From positions 41,197-105,196 of IMG/VR virus record IMGVR_UViG_3300010048_000001: a stretch of DNA of 64,000 nt, one strand, 5' to 3'. A model generated the notes under the pieces. That model did no database searches, was not told where the DNA came from, and saw nothing but the letters and a program-made list of their open reading frames with translations. Position numbers and translations under genes: made by a program. The stretch is from a virus. Below are positions 63,211 to 64,000 of this stretch, piece by piece. The stretch's first letter is position 1, and each line of letters opens with the position of its first letter.

Positions 63211-63271
63211 GGTCTACCAAAAGGTACGCAGCGCACCCGACTCTAGCAGAATTTTATCCGCGCGTCATGCC

Positions 63272-64000
63272 TCACCCCAGCCCTAATAACTTAACCGGCG
63301 TCACCCCGCCGTTGCTGCCCCCCGCCGCAAAGCCAATCACTTTGCTGGTCGTATCGTTGGCCCCTGTCGCACCTGTCCCCTGCCCACTGGCTGCTGTGCG
63401 AACATACTGCGCCGACGAAATAGAACTGCCGCCCGTAGGCACGTCAACGATGCCGCTCTTGGCGACGATCCCCCATGTTCCTTGAAAGACTAGCGCGCCT
63501 TGTGGAGCGTCGCTTGGCGTGCCGCCGCATAAGGTCGCCGACGAGGTGCTAAATTGGACGATGGAGCCAAGCGGCACGGAGCCGAAGCCAGGGGATGCCG
63601 TAGCCTCGCCGTACCAATTACCTGTATTGTTCACCACCGCAAATCCAGGCGAGATAAAGGCTGCGTTAGAAAAAAACCCGTGCCCGCCAAGCGCGCCTGT
63701 GATGCAGTTGTTAATCAGCGTCGAGATATCTCCCTCGATCTTAAAGCCTTGGGCGCCGACATAGTTACCCACGCCAGCCGCCATCGTGGAGATGTCAAAG
63801 ATCGAGTCGCTGCCGGGAGCCCACTGAAAGGTGGTCACCGGCTCAATAATCGACAGACCGAAAACTCCGCCGAGCTGGATGAGCCCGGCGGCCGACTTGC
63901 CGCCGAGCACTAAGCCCGAGCCGCCGCCGCCCGTGTTCCACCATCCCATCTGACACTTTTCAAACCGCGTGTTGAAGACGAACGCCGGACGAAAAGCCCC
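63272..64000 (-). CDS. Tail spike-like protein, 5' part beyond the window
   Basis: Frame is open to the window edge (GAFRPAFVFNTRFEKCQMGWW...); Gly/Ser-rich beta content. Confidence 0.6.
   Translation of the reverse strand, partial: GAFRPAFVFNTRFEKCQMGWWNTGGGGSGLVLGGKSAAGLIQLGGVFGLSIIEPVTTFQWAPGSDSIFDISTMAAGVGNYVGAQGFKIEGDISTLINNCITGALGGHGFFSNAAFISPGFAVVNNTGNWYGEATASPGFGSVPLGSIVQFSTSSATLCGGTPSDAPQGALVFQGTWGIVAKSGIVDVPTGGSSISSAQYVRTAASGQGTGATGANDTTSKVIGFAAGGSNGGVTPVKLLGLG

Noticed and set aside
1-64000. tRNA/rRNA genes, reverse transcriptase or diversity-generating retroelement
   Set aside because: No cloverleaf, rRNA or RT motifs recognised by eye; not checked computationally

Overview
Most of the genome of a temperate, podovirus-like tailed phage (about 60% GC). 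The host is probably an alphaproteobacterium, inferred from a GapR/DUF2312-like gene, an AAA_25 helicase plus Toprim primase, and the xis/int style. The integrase and a putative intact attP sit mid-window with phage genes on both sides, so this looks like a free or circular phage genome. No large terminase, portal or major capsid gene is recognisable, so these presumably lie outside the window. Layout: secreted and small genes, an HNH gene and terS (1-7.2 kb, -); a small early-gene operon (7.3-10.1 kb, +); accessory and lysis-like genes (10.2-18 kb, -); a replication module with an iteron-rich ori (18.6-25.7 kb, -); the cro/cI switch; recombination genes, xis, cargo genes and int (26.8-35.8 kb, +); a 3874-aa polyvalent ejected protein and tail/virion genes (36.4-64 kb, -). 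The most notable observation is that the giant gene carries three same-strand genes overprinted in its +1 frame. One is a DUF559/Vsr-like endonuclease inside an intein, with its own apparent leaderless promoter. The other two are Shine-Dalgarno-equipped small ORFs lying directly after the methyltransferase and JAB-like domains. Also seen: a palindromic operator (GGTAC-N5-GTACC) regulon that includes secreted cargo genes, two HNH-containing blocks flanked by duplicated gene 3' ends, a phage PEP-CTERM protein, a prodomain-less S53 protease, and a repeated xxGG motif in internal virion proteins. All family assignments come from motif recognition by eye; no searches were run.
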